A stretch of 64,000 bases of DNA, taken from Elusimicrobiota bacterium. GTDB lineage: Bacteria; Elusimicrobiota; Elusimicrobia; F11. Both the position numbers and the translations under genes were made by a program. This document shows, piece after piece, positions 39,054 to 50,481 of the stretch. The DNA is taken from assembly GCA_044221725.1 (NCBI GenBank), contig JBGAON010000002.1:288001-352000 (forward strand), read 5' to 3'. The notes under the pieces are model-generated. The model was given only the letters and a program-made list of their open reading frames with translations, did not search any database and was not told the origin of the DNA. Each line of letters begins with the position of its first letter. The stretch's first letter is position 1.

Positions 39054-40306
39054 CGCAGCAGAAATTGCTCTACAAAAATCTTAGCTGGCGAATTTGCCTC
39101 GACGTCGCATCGCGCGGAACGTTCTTTCTCGTCAATCTTTTCATCGCGCGCTCATTGAGTCTGAATGACTTCGGAAAATTCGCGTACGCCATATCGTTGG
39201 CGCAGGTTTTTTACGTGTTCACCGATTTCGGAATCAACGTGCAGCTAATGAAAGAGCTCGGCGAACATCGAGACGAGCGAGCGGAGTCGGTTGCTAACGT
39301 TTGGCTGAATTATTTCCAATTGAAGCTGGTGTTGATGGCGCTTTCGTTTGTCGCGTTTTGCGTCACCATCGGAGTTTTGTGGCGCTGGGATCGACCGTGG
39401 TTGGCGGTGCTCGCCGTCCTATGGATGTTTTCAAACTCGCTGCTTGATTTTAACCAGTTCGTCTGTAACGGGCTTGGTCGCATCGATATGGCGACGAAGA
39501 TGATGTTTGTGCAGCGCAGTGTGATGCTTGTCGGGGCGTTGGCGCCGCTTCTGTTCTGGCGAACGCTTGCCGGTGTGTTGGTGGGGATTTCGCTCAGTGG
39601 AACAATCGGATGTCTCTTATCAAACATTTATTTTTTTCGAGCGGTTTCCCAGCCGTTCGTGTGGGCGCCCAATACGACCGAATGGAAACGGATTCTTAAA
39701 ATTTCCTTCCCAGTGGGATTGGCCGGAACCCTGGGGGGGTGGTATTTGCGTTTCGGCGCCATCGTGTTGGCGTGGGTGGCTTCGAGTGCGGTGCTGGGCG
39801 TGTACGCGGCCGCATTTCGTGTTTTTGAAATCACGTACATTCTTCCGGCGGCGATCATGAGCATTGCGTTGCCGCATCTGGCGTCCTCGTACCGGAAAGG
39901 TGTCGAAGACTTTCGTTCGGAATTGTTTCGCATTTCGAAACTCATTTTCGCCGGCGCCGCGGCATGGAGTGCCGTTCTCATGTTCGGCAGCACACCGGTG
40001 ATTCATATTCTCTTTGGACAGAAGTTTGAAGACGCTCCGCCAATCCTGTGCGTGCTCGGTGGCGTTGGAGGAATGGTGTTTCTCAATTATTTGGCGTCGC
40101 ACGTCATGTTTGTTTTGCACCGTCAGCGCCGCCATTTGCTGAACGTCACGTTGTCATTTTGTATTTGTTTTCTCATGAGTATTCTTTTGATTCCATCGCA
40201 AGGCGCTGTCGGCGCCGCTTGGAGTCTTTTGATCACAGAGGTTTTCTTGTTTTTTGCGACGGTGCTTTATCTGGCACGAGGGTGGAACCATGTTGATCGG
40301 CGTTGA
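39050..40306 (+). CDS. wzx: Polysaccharide flippase (Wzx/MOP family)
   Basis: IARSLSLNDFGKF, TDFGI, GVYAAAFR, LIPSQGAVGAAWS and about 12 TMs. Confidence 0.85.
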   Translation: MTQQKLLYKNLSWRICLDVASRGTFFLVNLFIARSLSLNDFGKFAYAISLAQVFYVFTDFGINVQLMKELGEHRDERAESVANVWLNYFQLKLVLMALSFVAFCVTIGVLWRWDRPWLAVLAVLWMFSNSLLDFNQFVCNGLGRIDMATKMMFVQRSVMLVGALAPLLFWRTLAGVLVGISLSGTIGCLLSNIYFFRAVSQPFVWAPNTTEWKRILKISFPVGLAGTLGGWYLRFGAIVLAWVASSAVLGVYAAAFRVFEITYILPAAIMSIALPHLASSYRKGVEDFRSELFRISKLIFAGAAAWSAVLMFGSTPVIHILFGQKFEDAPPILCVLGGVGGMVFLNYLASHVMFVLHRQRRHLLNVTLSFCICFLMSILLIPSQGAVGAAWSLLITEVFLFFATVLYLARGWNHVDRR

Positions 40307-41420
40307 TAGTCGACCGCTTCGCGAAAAACAAACAAGCGGTATTCCCATGTACGTTCGCAGCTTGCTCGAAGCGCTCGCGATGATCGATCAGAAAAACGAA
40401 TACATTCTGTACGCGCACAAAGATTTTGATTATCCAATGCCCGGCGGCAACTTTCGAAAACGTTCGGGGGCGGTGACGCGCTATGGCAGTTTGTGGATGC
40501 AGGCGGAGCTTCCTCTATGGTTGACCCAAGACAAAGTGGATATTTTTTGGGGAACCCAGCATATCCTGCCGCTGCTGATGTCGCGTCGCATAAAGGCCAT
40601 TCTCACCGTGCACGATTTGGTTCATTATGTTTTTCCGGAGACCATGAAGCGACGAAACTTTTTGATCAACAAGTACATCATTCCGCCCTCGATTCATCGC
40701 ACGGACGCTGTCGTGGCGATTTCGAATTGGACGTTGTCGGACGTGAAAAAATATTTGGCACCGAAGAACAAAATCATGGAAGTGGTGCATCAAGGTGTTG
40801 GTCGCCCGATCTTCCCGCGCAACCGCGTCGTCGCCAAAGAGAAAATTAAAGAGCACTATGGACTCGAGGGACCGTTTTTGTTGACCGTTGGAACGTTCGA
40901 GCCACGCAAGAATATTGCCGGACTGTTTAAAGCGTTCTCGCTGATCGCCGATAAGATTCCGCATCGATTGGCGGTCGTCGGACAGAAAGGATGGAAGAAT
41001 CAGAACATCATTTCCGAAATTCAAGAAAGCAAAATAAAAGACCGCATCCACCTGTTAGGATATGTGCCGGACGAAATTCTGCCCGACGTTTACTCGGCCG
41101 CGGACGTTTTCGTTTTTCCGTCGCTTTACGAAGGATTCGGTTTCCCACCGCTCGAAGCAATGGCTTGCGCGGTTCCTGTGGTCGCATCGAACGTTTCCTC
41201 CATTCCTGAAGTGGTGGGAGACGCGGCCATGCTCGTCAATCCTTACGACCCGCCCGACATTGCACGGGGAATCCTTAAAGTTGTGACCGATTTGAGTTAT
41301 CGCCAGGAAATTATCATGAAAGGGATCACTCAGGCATCAAAGTTCACATGGAACAAAACCGCGGAGCACATGCTGGAAATTTTTGAAAGGGTTGGTTCGC
41401 TGAAGAATGGCCATCGGTAA
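40290..41420 (+). CDS. Glycosyltransferase family 4 (MtfB/WbaZ-like mannosyltransferase)
   Basis: [14 protein letters not shown] and [20 protein letters not shown]. Confidence 0.9.
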   Translation: MLIGVDSRPLREKQTSGIPMYVRSLLEALAMIDQKNEYILYAHKDFDYPMPGGNFRKRSGAVTRYGSLWMQAELPLWLTQDKVDIFWGTQHILPLLMSRRIKAILTVHDLVHYVFPETMKRRNFLINKYIIPPSIHRTDAVVAISNWTLSDVKKYLAPKNKIMEVVHQGVGRPIFPRNRVVAKEKIKEHYGLEGPFLLTVGTFEPRKNIAGLFKAFSLIADKIPHRLAVVGQKGWKNQNIISEIQESKIKDRIHLLGYVPDEILPDVYSAADVFVFPSLYEGFGFPPLEAMACAVPVVASNVSSIPEVVGDAAMLVNPYDPPDIARGILKVVTDLSYRQEIIMKGITQASKFTWNKTAEHMLEIFERVGSLKNGHR

Positions 41421-42495
41421 CTACGCTTTCAAAAAGCCATGGTTGCGCGCGGCAGCGACCGTGGTGGATGGGATTGGTTACAAATTCCGTAAACCAGCCG
41501 AGCGGCTCACGGCGTCACCCAAGCGCGCGCTTGTCGTGCGTTTGGATCAGTTGGGAGACATTGTTCAAGCATTGCCGGTGTTGGAGTCGCTCCGAGCGTC
41601 GCACCCGGCCATCGAAATCGATTTTTTGACGACTCCGGTCGGGGCCGAACTCGTTAGAATTTTTGATCCGAAAATTTCCACGATTGTTTGGAATTGTCCG
41701 TGGTTTGATCGGTCGCGCCGTCCGAATATCGCGGTGAGCGAGCTTCGTCGCACGCTTGCGGCGCGAACCTACGATGTTGTGTTGGAATTGCGCGGTGACG
41801 TTCGCTTGATTCGTTTTCTGAAATCGATTGGCGCCAAAACGGTTGTGGGGTACGGCGCTACCGGCGGCGGTTTTCTCTTGGATGTTGAAGCGCGCTGGGA
41901 AGCGTCGCTACCGGCTATTGATAAGAATCTTCGGCTCGTAGAAGCAATCGGAACTCCGGTGGTTTCTCGGGTGCCGACGTTGCCGCTTAAAATGAGCGCA
42001 GGCCCATCCGCGCGCCCATTCTTTGTGGTGCATCCCGACGCCGGAACCGAAGCGAAACGGTGGCCGCTGGATTCTTTTGTCCAAACGATTGATGCGCTTA
42101 CCGAGGCAGGAAACAATGTGGTCCTCGTCGGATTAAACCAACGTATAGGTGAGGCAGTGACCACCCGTGTGAAACGACCGGTCGAAAATCAGATGGGGAA
42201 AACATCGTTGCCGATGTTGCTTTCGATACTTGCGCAGAGCGAAGGACTTCTCACAAACGATTCGGGGCCCGGCCATTTGGCCGCCGCGCTTGGAAAACCG
42301 GTGTGGGTATTGTGGAGTGGCACCGCGGTATCGTCCGTGTGGGCGCCGCGCGGCCAGCAAATTCATTTGTTTGAATTTCCAGTGGCGTGCGCACCATGCG
42401 CCTTGCCCCGGTGCCCCGTACCCGGACATCCGTGTCTCACGAAAATACGAGCGAGCGACGTTGTTCGGAACATGAATTATGCGCATCGGACTTGA
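41407..42495 (+). CDS. Glycosyltransferase family 9 (heptosyltransferase-like)
   Basis: RLDQLGDIV, HPDAG...KRWP, NDSGPGHLAAA and CAPC...C...C. Confidence 0.88.
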   Translation: MAIGNYAFKKPWLRAAATVVDGIGYKFRKPAERLTASPKRALVVRLDQLGDIVQALPVLESLRASHPAIEIDFLTTPVGAELVRIFDPKISTIVWNCPWFDRSRRPNIAVSELRRTLAARTYDVVLELRGDVRLIRFLKSIGAKTVVGYGATGGGFLLDVEARWEASLPAIDKNLRLVEAIGTPVVSRVPTLPLKMSAGPSARPFFVVHPDAGTEAKRWPLDSFVQTIDALTEAGNNVVLVGLNQRIGEAVTTRVKRPVENQMGKTSLPMLLSILAQSEGLLTNDSGPGHLAAALGKPVWVLWSGTAVSSVWAPRGQQIHLFEFPVACAPCALPRCPVPGHPCLTKIRASDVVRNMNYAHRT

Positions 42496-43564
42496 TGTAA
42501 GAATGATCGGCAATTCCGGGATCGGAACAACGATCCAGGAATTGTTGAATCAATTTTCGCCGGAGCAGAAAAAAGATCTGGTGTTGTTGGGAAATTCGGC
42601 CGAATCACCCGATCGCGCCTGCGTTTATAAACAAGTTCCGTACCCCATTTATGGACTGAAGCAACATTGGGCTTACGGACGTTTGCTGAACAAGGCGCGC
42701 CTCAATCTTTATCACATGCCGCACTACGACGTGCCGTATTCGTATCGCGGTCCGTTGGTCGTCACCGTGCACGACCTCATCCACTATTTGTTCCCGCAGT
42801 ATTCGACAAAACCGTTAACGCGGCTTTACTCAAACATGATGCTCCACCACGTGACGCGCGCGGCGTCCCATATCATCACGGTATCGGAAAACACGAAGCG
42901 CGATTTGTTGAACGCGTTCCCGCGCGCGGCCGAGAAAACGACGGTTCTTTATCCGGCGGTCGATCGAGCGTTCGCACCCGTAAAAGGCGCGGCGTTGCAA
43001 GATGTATTGGTGTATTACCGTTTGCTGCCGGGATATCTGTTGTACATCGGAAACCTTCGCGAAGGAAAAAACACGCGACGGTTGCTGCGTTCCTACGAAC
43101 GTTTGGCCGCGGAGAAAAACGATTTGCCGCCGTTGGTGCTCGCGGGCCGAAACAGCCTTCCGGATCTCAAATTTTCGCCGGACAATCCGCGTATACGGTA
43201 TTTGGGCGAAGTCCCGGCCGAAGATTTGCCGGCGCTATATTCGGGCGCGTCGTTGTTTGTTTTTCCTTCGTTGTACGAAGGATTTGGCTTGCCGCCTCTT
43301 GAAGCAATGGCGTGCGGCACGCCGGTGATCACCTCGAGCGTGGCGTCGTTGCCCGAGGTGTGCGGCGACGCAGCCATGTATGTGGATCCTTTGTCCGAGC
43401 GCGACATAGCCGAGAAGATTTGGAGCTTGTGCGAATCGCTTAAAGCCCGTGAGGTACTGCGCTCAAAAGGATTTGAGCGCGTGAAAAATTTTTCGTGGTC
43501 GCGTTTCGCCGATGGAACGTGGAAGATTTACGAAGACGTGGCACGGGGGAAATATGAACGTTAA
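42479..43564 (+). CDS. Glycosyltransferase family 4
   Basis: VTVHDLIH and [24 protein letters not shown]. Confidence 0.9.
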   Translation: MRIGLDVRMIGNSGIGTTIQELLNQFSPEQKKDLVLLGNSAESPDRACVYKQVPYPIYGLKQHWAYGRLLNKARLNLYHMPHYDVPYSYRGPLVVTVHDLIHYLFPQYSTKPLTRLYSNMMLHHVTRAASHIITVSENTKRDLLNAFPRAAEKTTVLYPAVDRAFAPVKGAALQDVLVYYRLLPGYLLYIGNLREGKNTRRLLRSYERLAAEKNDLPPLVLAGRNSLPDLKFSPDNPRIRYLGEVPAEDLPALYSGASLFVFPSLYEGFGLPPLEAMACGTPVITSSVASLPEVCGDAAMYVDPLSERDIAEKIWSLCESLKAREVLRSKGFERVKNFSWSRFADGTWKIYEDVARGKYER

Positions 43565-44675
43565 GCGGTCGTTGGATTATCTCATCGGAATTCCCGCGGC
43601 GTATGTGTTGTCCTTGTTTTCTTTTAAACGCGCCGCACCGGAGCGCCCGAAGAAAATCCTCATTATCAAGCTGGCCGCCGCGGGCGACACCATTTTGCTT
43701 GGGACGACGTTAAAAAGTTTTCGGGCCGCGCACGTCGACGCCACGATTCATTGGCTCGTTTCGCCGATTAACGTGGCGCTGGCCCGTGCCTATCCGCACG
43801 TGGATGAAATTTTTGTTTGGACCGATGGGTTAAAAGGATTGCCGGCGCTGGTTCGGCGTTTGCGCACGGAAAAATACGACGCGGTGATTGATCTCGAACA
43901 ATGGTCTCGCGGCACAGAGATTCTTAGCTATCTAACAGGAGCGCCGGTTCGCATCGGATTTGATACACCGGGTCAGCACCGAACGCGTCTTTTTACGAAA
44001 ACTTTCCAGAAAAAATTCGACCAGCACGAGATTTATGATTTTTACGGAACCCTGGCTTTGCTTGGCGAGCTGGAACACAACGTCAATCTTGAATTGCCCG
44101 TGACCGGGCTTGGCATAACCCAGCTTCAAGAGCGGTACGGAAAAGTTTTCGAGCACACCGGCTCGCCAAAAGTTTTGATTCATCCGGGGTGTGGCTGGGA
44201 CGGTGTGGCTCGGGAGTGGCCGCTTGAGAATTATGGTGTTCTCGGACACTGGCTCATCAAGAGTTGTGGCGCCGAGTTGTTTCTCTCGGGTGGGAGCGAA
44301 GAGCGCAGCAAGACACAGCGTTTGAAAAAACTTTTAAACGGCGCCGCTGTCGATTTGGCGGGCCAAATCACATGGCCGGGGTTGGTGGCGCTCGTCGATA
44401 ACGTGGATCTCGTCATTTCCGGAAACACCGGTGTCATGCACGTGGCGGCCGCGCGCCAGAAGAAGCAAGTGGCGTTGCACGGACCCACGAATCCGAAATT
44501 ATGGGGGCCGCTCAATCCGAACGCGCGCGTTGTGCAAAGCACGTGCGCGCAGTGCCCGTGCCTAAAACTCGGGTTTGAATACCATTCCAACGACGCGTCG
44601 TGCATGCGAAAGGTCGCTATCGAAGACGTTAAAAACGCGGTTTTGTCGTTAATCGACAACAAAAGAGCGATTTAG
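43554..44675 (+). CDS. Glycosyltransferase family 9 (heptosyltransferase-like)
   Basis: KLAAAGD, IHPG...REWP, GNTGVMHVAAA and LHGPTNPKLWGP. Confidence 0.88.
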   Translation: MNVKRSLDYLIGIPAAYVLSLFSFKRAAPERPKKILIIKLAAAGDTILLGTTLKSFRAAHVDATIHWLVSPINVALARAYPHVDEIFVWTDGLKGLPALVRRLRTEKYDAVIDLEQWSRGTEILSYLTGAPVRIGFDTPGQHRTRLFTKTFQKKFDQHEIYDFYGTLALLGELEHNVNLELPVTGLGITQLQERYGKVFEHTGSPKVLIHPGCGWDGVAREWPLENYGVLGHWLIKSCGAELFLSGGSEERSKTQRLKKLLNGAAVDLAGQITWPGLVALVDNVDLVISGNTGVMHVAAARQKKQVALHGPTNPKLWGPLNPNARVVQSTCAQCPCLKLGFEYHSNDASCMRKVAIEDVKNAVLSLIDNKRAI

Positions 44676-44687
44676 TAGAAGCCCGCT

Positions 44688-46133
44688 ATGCCAAATTTGC
44701 TTCAAAAACCCGTCGAAGAAAAGCGACCGGTCCGATACGACGCTGGAATTGCGAACTGGAAAGAGAGTCGCGAATTGTTCCAGCGTTTTTGCGTGTTGCT
44801 CGGCGACATGGCGAGCGTCACGTGCGCGTACACGCTGGGGTTTGCGTTGCGGTTTTTTTACGACCCTTTCCTTTCTTCATTTCCCGTTACTAAAGGTTTC
44901 CCTGATTTCTCCGATTATTTAAACGCGGGTCCCGTCATTTTGTTTATGTGGGCGCTCTGTATTTCGTGGCAGGGCGGGTATCGGCGGGTTCACGTCGCTG
45001 CCATCGATGACGGAATCCGGTTGCTTCGAGCCGCGTTCTTGGGCACGTTGCTCGCGATGTCATCGATGTTTTTGTACCGCGACGTTTCGTATTCCCGTTT
45101 GGTTTTTGTGCTGGGCGGTGCGTTTGGATTTGGATTCGTTTATTTGTATCGGCAGATTGTAAAGCTCGGTTATTTGTTTTGGGTGCAAAGCAATCGCCGG
45201 CCGAAACGCGTGCTTGTGGTGGGAGACGGCTATCTCGCGGCGTCGCTTAAAAAAATTCTTGATCGGCAGGGCGACCGCGCCATTTTGACGGCACGCGACC
45301 ACGATTTGGAATCTCTTCGGCACACGATTGTGCGCTCGCGAATCAACGAGGTGTTGCTCGCGCACTCCAAGATGTCGCACAAAGAAACCGTTGTGCTCGC
45401 CGGATTTTGCGAAGAACGTCACATTACGTTTCGTCTAATCCCGGATATTCTCGAGATTCGCATGGGCGAAGTAATTATCGACGAATCGCTTGGCGTGCCC
45501 ACGCTGCAAATCAAACCCGTGTCGCTGCAGGGTGTTTCGTTTTTAACGAAGCGTATCATGGACGTCTGCATCGCCAGCATTATCATCGGTGTCTTTTTTG
45601 TACCGCTCCTGGTGATCGCGATCATGATCAAAGCCACGTCGCCGGGCCCGGTTTTTTACAAACACCAGCGAATGGGATTCCGCGGTCGTCCGTTTTGGTT
45701 CATGAAATTCCGCACGATGGTTCAAGAAGCCGATGATTTGTTGGAAGATTTGAAAAAGAAAAACGATCGTGTGGGGCCGGCGTTCAAGATGAAAAATGAT
45801 CCGCGTATCACGCGGTTCGGACTTTTCTTGCGGCGTTTTAGCCTTGATGAAATACCGCAGTTGTTGAACGTGTTGCGCGGTGAGATGAGTCTGGTGGGGC
45901 CGCGTCCCCAAGTTTTGTGGGAGGCGGCCGCCTACGATGAATGGGCCAAGAAGCGCCTGAACGTGTTGCCGGGAATAACGGGTCTTTGGCAGGTGAGCGG
46001 ACGCGCGGAGCTCACGTACGACGAAATGATCGAGCTCGACATTTATTACATTGAGCATTGGTCCGCCGGACTCGATATTAAGATTTTGCTGCGCACGCTT
46101 CCGGCCGTACTTTTCGCAAAGGGCGCTTATTGA
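44688..46133 (+). CDS. Undecaprenyl-phosphate glycosylphosphotransferase (WbaP/WcaJ family)
   Basis: N-terminal TMs, [33 protein letters not shown] and [12 protein letters not shown]. Confidence 0.92.
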   Translation: MPNLLQKPVEEKRPVRYDAGIANWKESRELFQRFCVLLGDMASVTCAYTLGFALRFFYDPFLSSFPVTKGFPDFSDYLNAGPVILFMWALCISWQGGYRRVHVAAIDDGIRLLRAAFLGTLLAMSSMFLYRDVSYSRLVFVLGGAFGFGFVYLYRQIVKLGYLFWVQSNRRPKRVLVVGDGYLAASLKKILDRQGDRAILTARDHDLESLRHTIVRSRINEVLLAHSKMSHKETVVLAGFCEERHITFRLIPDILEIRMGEVIIDESLGVPTLQIKPVSLQGVSFLTKRIMDVCIASIIIGVFFVPLLVIAIMIKATSPGPVFYKHQRMGFRGRPFWFMKFRTMVQEADDLLEDLKKKNDRVGPAFKMKNDPRITRFGLFLRRFSLDEIPQLLNVLRGEMSLVGPRPQVLWEAAAYDEWAKKRLNVLPGITGLWQVSGRAELTYDEMIELDIYYIEHWSAGLDIKILLRTLPAVLFAKGAY

Positions 46134-46134
46134 G

Positions 46135-47052
46135 ATGAAAATTCTCGTCACGGGCGGAGCCGGATTCATCGGTTCCAATCTCGTGGATGCTTACATTGAA
46201 AAAGGCCACGCAGTTTGGGCCATCGATGACGAATCGTCCGGCAAACGCAAGCACGTCAACCCGCGCGCAACGTACGAACGAATTAATGTTTGCGACAAAG
46301 CGAAACTCGCTCGTTTGTTCAAGCGTGTTCGCTTTGATGTTGTGAATCACCACGCGGCTCAAATCGACGTTCGCGATTCGGTCGCCAACCCGGAATTTGA
46401 CGCACAGGTAAATATTCTTGGTCTCCTTAATATTCTGCGCCAATGCCAGGACACAGGCGTGAAAAAGATTATTTTTGCATCCTCGGGCGGAACAATTTAC
46501 GGTGAATGTTCGCGTGGTCCGGCGTCCGAAGCATTCCCCGAAATTCCGCTCGTTCCGTACGGCGTGGCGAAACTGGCCAGCGAAAAATACATTCAATCCA
46601 CGGCGTCTCTTTCAAAACTTACCTATACGGTTTTGCGCTACAGCAATGTCTATGGCCCGCGGCAGGACCCGCACGGCGAAGCCGGCGTGATCGCGATCTT
46701 TGCGCAGAAGCTTCTTAAGAACGAACCGATTTTTGTGTATGGCAACGGTAAACAAGTGCGGGATTTTGTTTTCGTGAAAGACGTCGCGCGGGCAAATCTT
46801 GCCGCGCTATCAAGAGGCAAGAACGAAATCGTGAACGTCGGAACCGGCCGCACGACATCGGTGAACACGCTTTATCAAACTATGGCCTCGATCCTCGGCA
46901 TCAAGCCGCAGGTGATCCGCAAGCCCGCGCGAAAAGGCGAATTGTACCGGAGTGTGCTAAACGCTTCGAAAGCGAAGCGCGCGCTCGGTTGGACGGCCCA
47001 GACATCGCTGCGCGAAGGATTGGAACAAACGCTTCAGTTTTTTCAGCGATGA
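46135..47052 (+). CDS. UDP-glucose 4-epimerase-like SDR
   Basis: TGGAGFIGS, HHAAQIDVR, SSGGTIYG, YGVAK and NVYGPRQDPHGEAGV. Confidence 0.88.
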   Translation: MKILVTGGAGFIGSNLVDAYIEKGHAVWAIDDESSGKRKHVNPRATYERINVCDKAKLARLFKRVRFDVVNHHAAQIDVRDSVANPEFDAQVNILGLLNILRQCQDTGVKKIIFASSGGTIYGECSRGPASEAFPEIPLVPYGVAKLASEKYIQSTASLSKLTYTVLRYSNVYGPRQDPHGEAGVIAIFAQKLLKNEPIFVYGNGKQVRDFVFVKDVARANLAALSRGKNEIVNVGTGRTTSVNTLYQTMASILGIKPQVIRKPARKGELYRSVLNASKAKRALGWTAQTSLREGLEQTLQFFQR

Positions 47053-47816
47053 GAGCCATCCTGCTAATTGGCGGGTTGGGCACGCGTCTTTATCCGTTGA
47101 CCCTTTCCAAACCCAAAGCGCTGCTTCCGGTGTTGGATCGCCCGTTTCTTTCCTATCAACTTGATCTGTTGAAAGCCGGAAATGTTCGCGAGGTGATGTT
47201 GGCGTGCAGCGAGCGCAATCGTGCATGGAAAAAGGATTTCGAAAGACTGGCGCCGCGTGGGTTAAAAATGCGTTTCGCTTTCGAGTCACAGCCTCTTGGC
47301 ACGGGTGGCGCTATCCGATTTGCATTTGATCATTTTCGTTCCCGCAACGATTCGTCGCCGGTGCTCGTGTTTAACGGCGATGTGTTTTTCGATCTGCGCG
47401 TGGAAAAGTTTCTCGCGTTTCACATCAAACGCAACGCCTCTTGCACAATCGCTTTAACTCGTGTAAAGGATCCATCGCGGTTCGGACTGGTGAAGACGTC
47501 GACGTCGGGACGCGTGGAACAGTTTCTCGAAAAGTCAAAACGGAAAACCAGCGTGCGCACGGTGAATGCGGGCGCTTATCTCATGGCGCCAGAGGTGATT
47601 CGGCGGATTCCCACGGGGCGCGCGGTTTCCGTCGAACGAGAAACATTTCCGATGTTGTTAAAGGAGAAAGCGGCCGTCTACGGTTTTCCGATGAAAGGGT
47701 ATTGGAACGACATCGGAACGCATGAAAGCTATTTGCAAGCGCAAACAGACCTTTTGACCACGAAGAATTTCTGGACACAGGACCTGTTATTGCGTAAAAG
47801 AGCCGCTCTGAAATGA
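47049..47816 (+). CDS. NDP-sugar pyrophosphorylase (mannose-1-phosphate guanylyltransferase-like)
   Basis: LIGGLGTRLYPLT, PK, PLGTGGA, NGDV, NAGAY and YWNDIGT. Confidence 0.88.
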   Translation: MRAILLIGGLGTRLYPLTLSKPKALLPVLDRPFLSYQLDLLKAGNVREVMLACSERNRAWKKDFERLAPRGLKMRFAFESQPLGTGGAIRFAFDHFRSRNDSSPVLVFNGDVFFDLRVEKFLAFHIKRNASCTIALTRVKDPSRFGLVKTSTSGRVEQFLEKSKRKTSVRTVNAGAYLMAPEVIRRIPTGRAVSVERETFPMLLKEKAAVYGFPMKGYWNDIGTHESYLQAQTDLLTTKNFWTQDLLLRKRAALK

Positions 47817-49285
47817 ACGACGAAATTAAGTTTGGAACAGATGGTTGGCGTGGCGTAATCAGCGATGAATTTACATTTCAAAACGTAAAACGCGTTGCTC
47901 AAGCGGCGTGTGATGTAGCACGAAAAACCAGCAAGAGCCGCCTGATTCTCGTGGGGTTCGATCGCCGTTTCTTTTCCGATAAATTTGCAATGACCGCCGC
48001 GAATGTCGCCGTCGGCAACGGTTTCCGCGTTGAGATGTCGAAAGAACCCATTAGCTCACCAACGCTTTCCTTCCAAGTAAAACGAAAAAAAGCCGCTACC
48101 GGCTTTATGATCACGGCGAGTCACAATCCCTATTATTTTAATGGCTTCAAGTTGAAAGGCCCGCACGGCGGGTCGGCTGACGACGTGGTCACGAAAAGTG
48201 TTGAAGACCGGATCGACGCCGGCGAGGTTCAATACGAAGAAGAATCCGCGAAGCGTGTGGATTTTGCATCCGATTACCTGAACTATTTGAAAAAGACCGT
48301 TCGTCTTCCGAATCTTGGCGCGTTGAAAGGCCCGGTTGTTTTTGATGGCATGCACGGCCCCGGCGGAGAGTTGTTTGAGCGCCTCTACCGCGGAAATTCC
48401 AAACTCGTTGTCATCCGAAAAGAAACGGATCCACTTTTTGGCGGCGTGAATCCGGAACCGATCGAAGTTAATCTTGAACTTTTGAAATCCACGGTGCTCC
48501 AGAAGAAAGCGGCCATTGGAATCGCCGTTGATGGCGACGCCGATCGCATTGGGATCGTCGACGAAAAAGGTCGCTACCACTCGCCGCACACGGTCATGCC
48601 GCTTTTGCTTTTGCATCTTCTCGAAAACAAAAAGCTGAAGGGCAAGCTGGTGCAAACGGTATCGATGGGCTATTTGCCTGAGCGTATCGCGAAGCACTAC
48701 AAGATTCCTTTTGAAGTTGTGCCTGTCGGATTCAAACACGTGGCGCGAAAGATGGGACAGGAGAAAGTCCTGTTGGGCGGCGAAGAATCCGGGGGATACG
48801 GCGTTGGTCTTTGGTCGCCGGAGCGCGACGGGCTTTTGTGCGGGATCTTGCTCATCGAACTATTGGCCATGAAAAAGAAGCCGCTGTCGGCGCTGATCGA
48901 TGATATGCAGGTGCGTTTTGGATCATCGAATTTCAAGCGCGTGGATTTTCAGATGCCGACGCCGTTCGATGCGACGGCGTGGTCGGAATACATCAAGACA
49001 ATACTCGGCACAGCGGTGGCGGGATTGCCTATCAAAAACGTGGTGACCATCGACGGGCTCAAGATCGTACTCGAAGATGAGTCGTGGTTTCTCATGCGTC
49101 CGAGCGGAACGGAGCCCCTCATGCGCACGTACGCCGAGGCATCGTCCGAAACACTTTTGCAATCGCTGGTGAACGAAGCGAGTCGTCTCGCTCATACGCA
49201 GCCGCCCAGCGCGAAAAAGCTCGCCGAAGAAGCAAAGAAGCTGAAGAAGAAACAATTAAAGAATCTTAAAAATCTTAAGAAATAG
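47813..49285 (+). CDS. Phosphoglucomutase/phosphomannomutase
   Basis: FGTDGWRG, TASHNP, DGDADR, GEESGG and RPSGTEP. Confidence 0.93.
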   Translation: MNDEIKFGTDGWRGVISDEFTFQNVKRVAQAACDVARKTSKSRLILVGFDRRFFSDKFAMTAANVAVGNGFRVEMSKEPISSPTLSFQVKRKKAATGFMITASHNPYYFNGFKLKGPHGGSADDVVTKSVEDRIDAGEVQYEEESAKRVDFASDYLNYLKKTVRLPNLGALKGPVVFDGMHGPGGELFERLYRGNSKLVVIRKETDPLFGGVNPEPIEVNLELLKSTVLQKKAAIGIAVDGDADRIGIVDEKGRYHSPHTVMPLLLLHLLENKKLKGKLVQTVSMGYLPERIAKHYKIPFEVVPVGFKHVARKMGQEKVLLGGEESGGYGVGLWSPERDGLLCGILLIELLAMKKKPLSALIDDMQVRFGSSNFKRVDFQMPTPFDATAWSEYIKTILGTAVAGLPIKNVVTIDGLKIVLEDESWFLMRPSGTEPLMRTYAEASSETLLQSLVNEASRLAHTQPPSAKKLAEEAKKLKKKQLKNLKNLKK

Positions 49286-49300
49286 GATTGGGAGGAGAGA

Positions 49301-50467
49301 GTGAGAAAGGATCGATTCGTTTTCACGTCGGAATCCGTGACCGAAGGTCACCCGGACAAATTGTGCGATCAGGTATCGGATGCGGTACTTGATGCGGTTC
49401 TAAAAACCGATCCGAAAGGCCGCGTGGCCTGCGAATCTTTTGTGACCGTCGGTCTTATTATCGTGGGCGGCGAAATTACCACGAAAACGTATGTGGACAT
49501 TGGCGAGCTCGTTCGCAACGTGGTTCGCGATATCGGTTACACGGACGCAAAATACGGCTTTAACTTCGAAACCTGCGCCATCGTAAACGCCATTCACCAA
49601 CAATCGCCCGATATTTCGCAGGGTGTGGATCGCGGTGGCGCCGGCGACCAGGGGCTTATGGTTGGTTATGCGTGCGACGAAACGCCCGAGCTCATGCCGA
49701 TGCCAATTCAATTGGCGCACGCGCTCACCAGAAGACTTTCCGAAGTGCGTAAGAAAGGAATCCTTCCGTACCTCGGTCCCGACGGGAAATCGCAAGTGAC
49801 GGTTGAATATCGCGACGGGAAACCCTACCGCATCGACACGGTGGTTCTTTCTTCTCAACACACGACCGAGATTCTCGACAAGTCCGGCCATCAGATCACG
49901 CAAGCAGCGCGCCAGGAAATCATCAACAAAGTGGCGTTGGCCGTGTTGCCGAAAAATCTCTTGGACAAGAAAACGATTTTCCATATCAATCCCACCGGAA
50001 AATTTGTGGTTGGTGGTCCGCAGTCCGACACGGGCATGACGGGTCGCAAAATTATTGTCGATACGTACGGCGGCTGGTGCCCTCACGGTGGCGGCGCGTT
50101 TTCCGGAAAAGATCCGACAAAAGTGGATCGCTCCGCAGCTTACATGGCTCGCTACGTCGCGAAGAATGTCGTGGCCGCGAAATTAGCGAAAGAGTGCACC
50201 GTTCAGTTGGCGTACGCCATCGGTGTGGCGAAACCGGTGTCGGTTCTCATCGATACGCAAGGCACCGGTGTGGTTCCCGATGCGGTCATTAGTCGCGCGG
50301 TTGAAAACGCGTTCGATTTGACGCCGCTTGGCATTATCAAAACATTGGATTTGCGTCGCCCAATTTTCCGAAAGACCGCCGCGTACGGTCACTTCGGTCG
50401 AAACGATTCTGCGTTTAAATGGGAACAAACCAACAAAGTGGCCGAGCTCCGCAAGCTCTGCCTCTAA
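49301..50467 (+). CDS. metK: S-adenosylmethionine synthetase
   Basis: [30 protein letters not shown] and [19 protein letters not shown] start with GGAGG. Confidence 0.97.
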   Translation: MRKDRFVFTSESVTEGHPDKLCDQVSDAVLDAVLKTDPKGRVACESFVTVGLIIVGGEITTKTYVDIGELVRNVVRDIGYTDAKYGFNFETCAIVNAIHQQSPDISQGVDRGGAGDQGLMVGYACDETPELMPMPIQLAHALTRRLSEVRKKGILPYLGPDGKSQVTVEYRDGKPYRIDTVVLSSQHTTEILDKSGHQITQAARQEIINKVALAVLPKNLLDKKTIFHINPTGKFVVGGPQSDTGMTGRKIIVDTYGGWCPHGGGAFSGKDPTKVDRSAAYMARYVAKNVVAAKLAKECTVQLAYAIGVAKPVSVLIDTQGTGVVPDAVISRAVENAFDLTPLGIIKTLDLRRPIFRKTAAYGHFGRNDSAFKWEQTNKVAELRKLCL

Positions 50468-50481
50468 TAATAAGGACATCA

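Noticed and set aside
49286..49300. SAM riboswitch upstream of metK
   Set aside because: The intergenic gap is only 15 nt and holds just the RBS.
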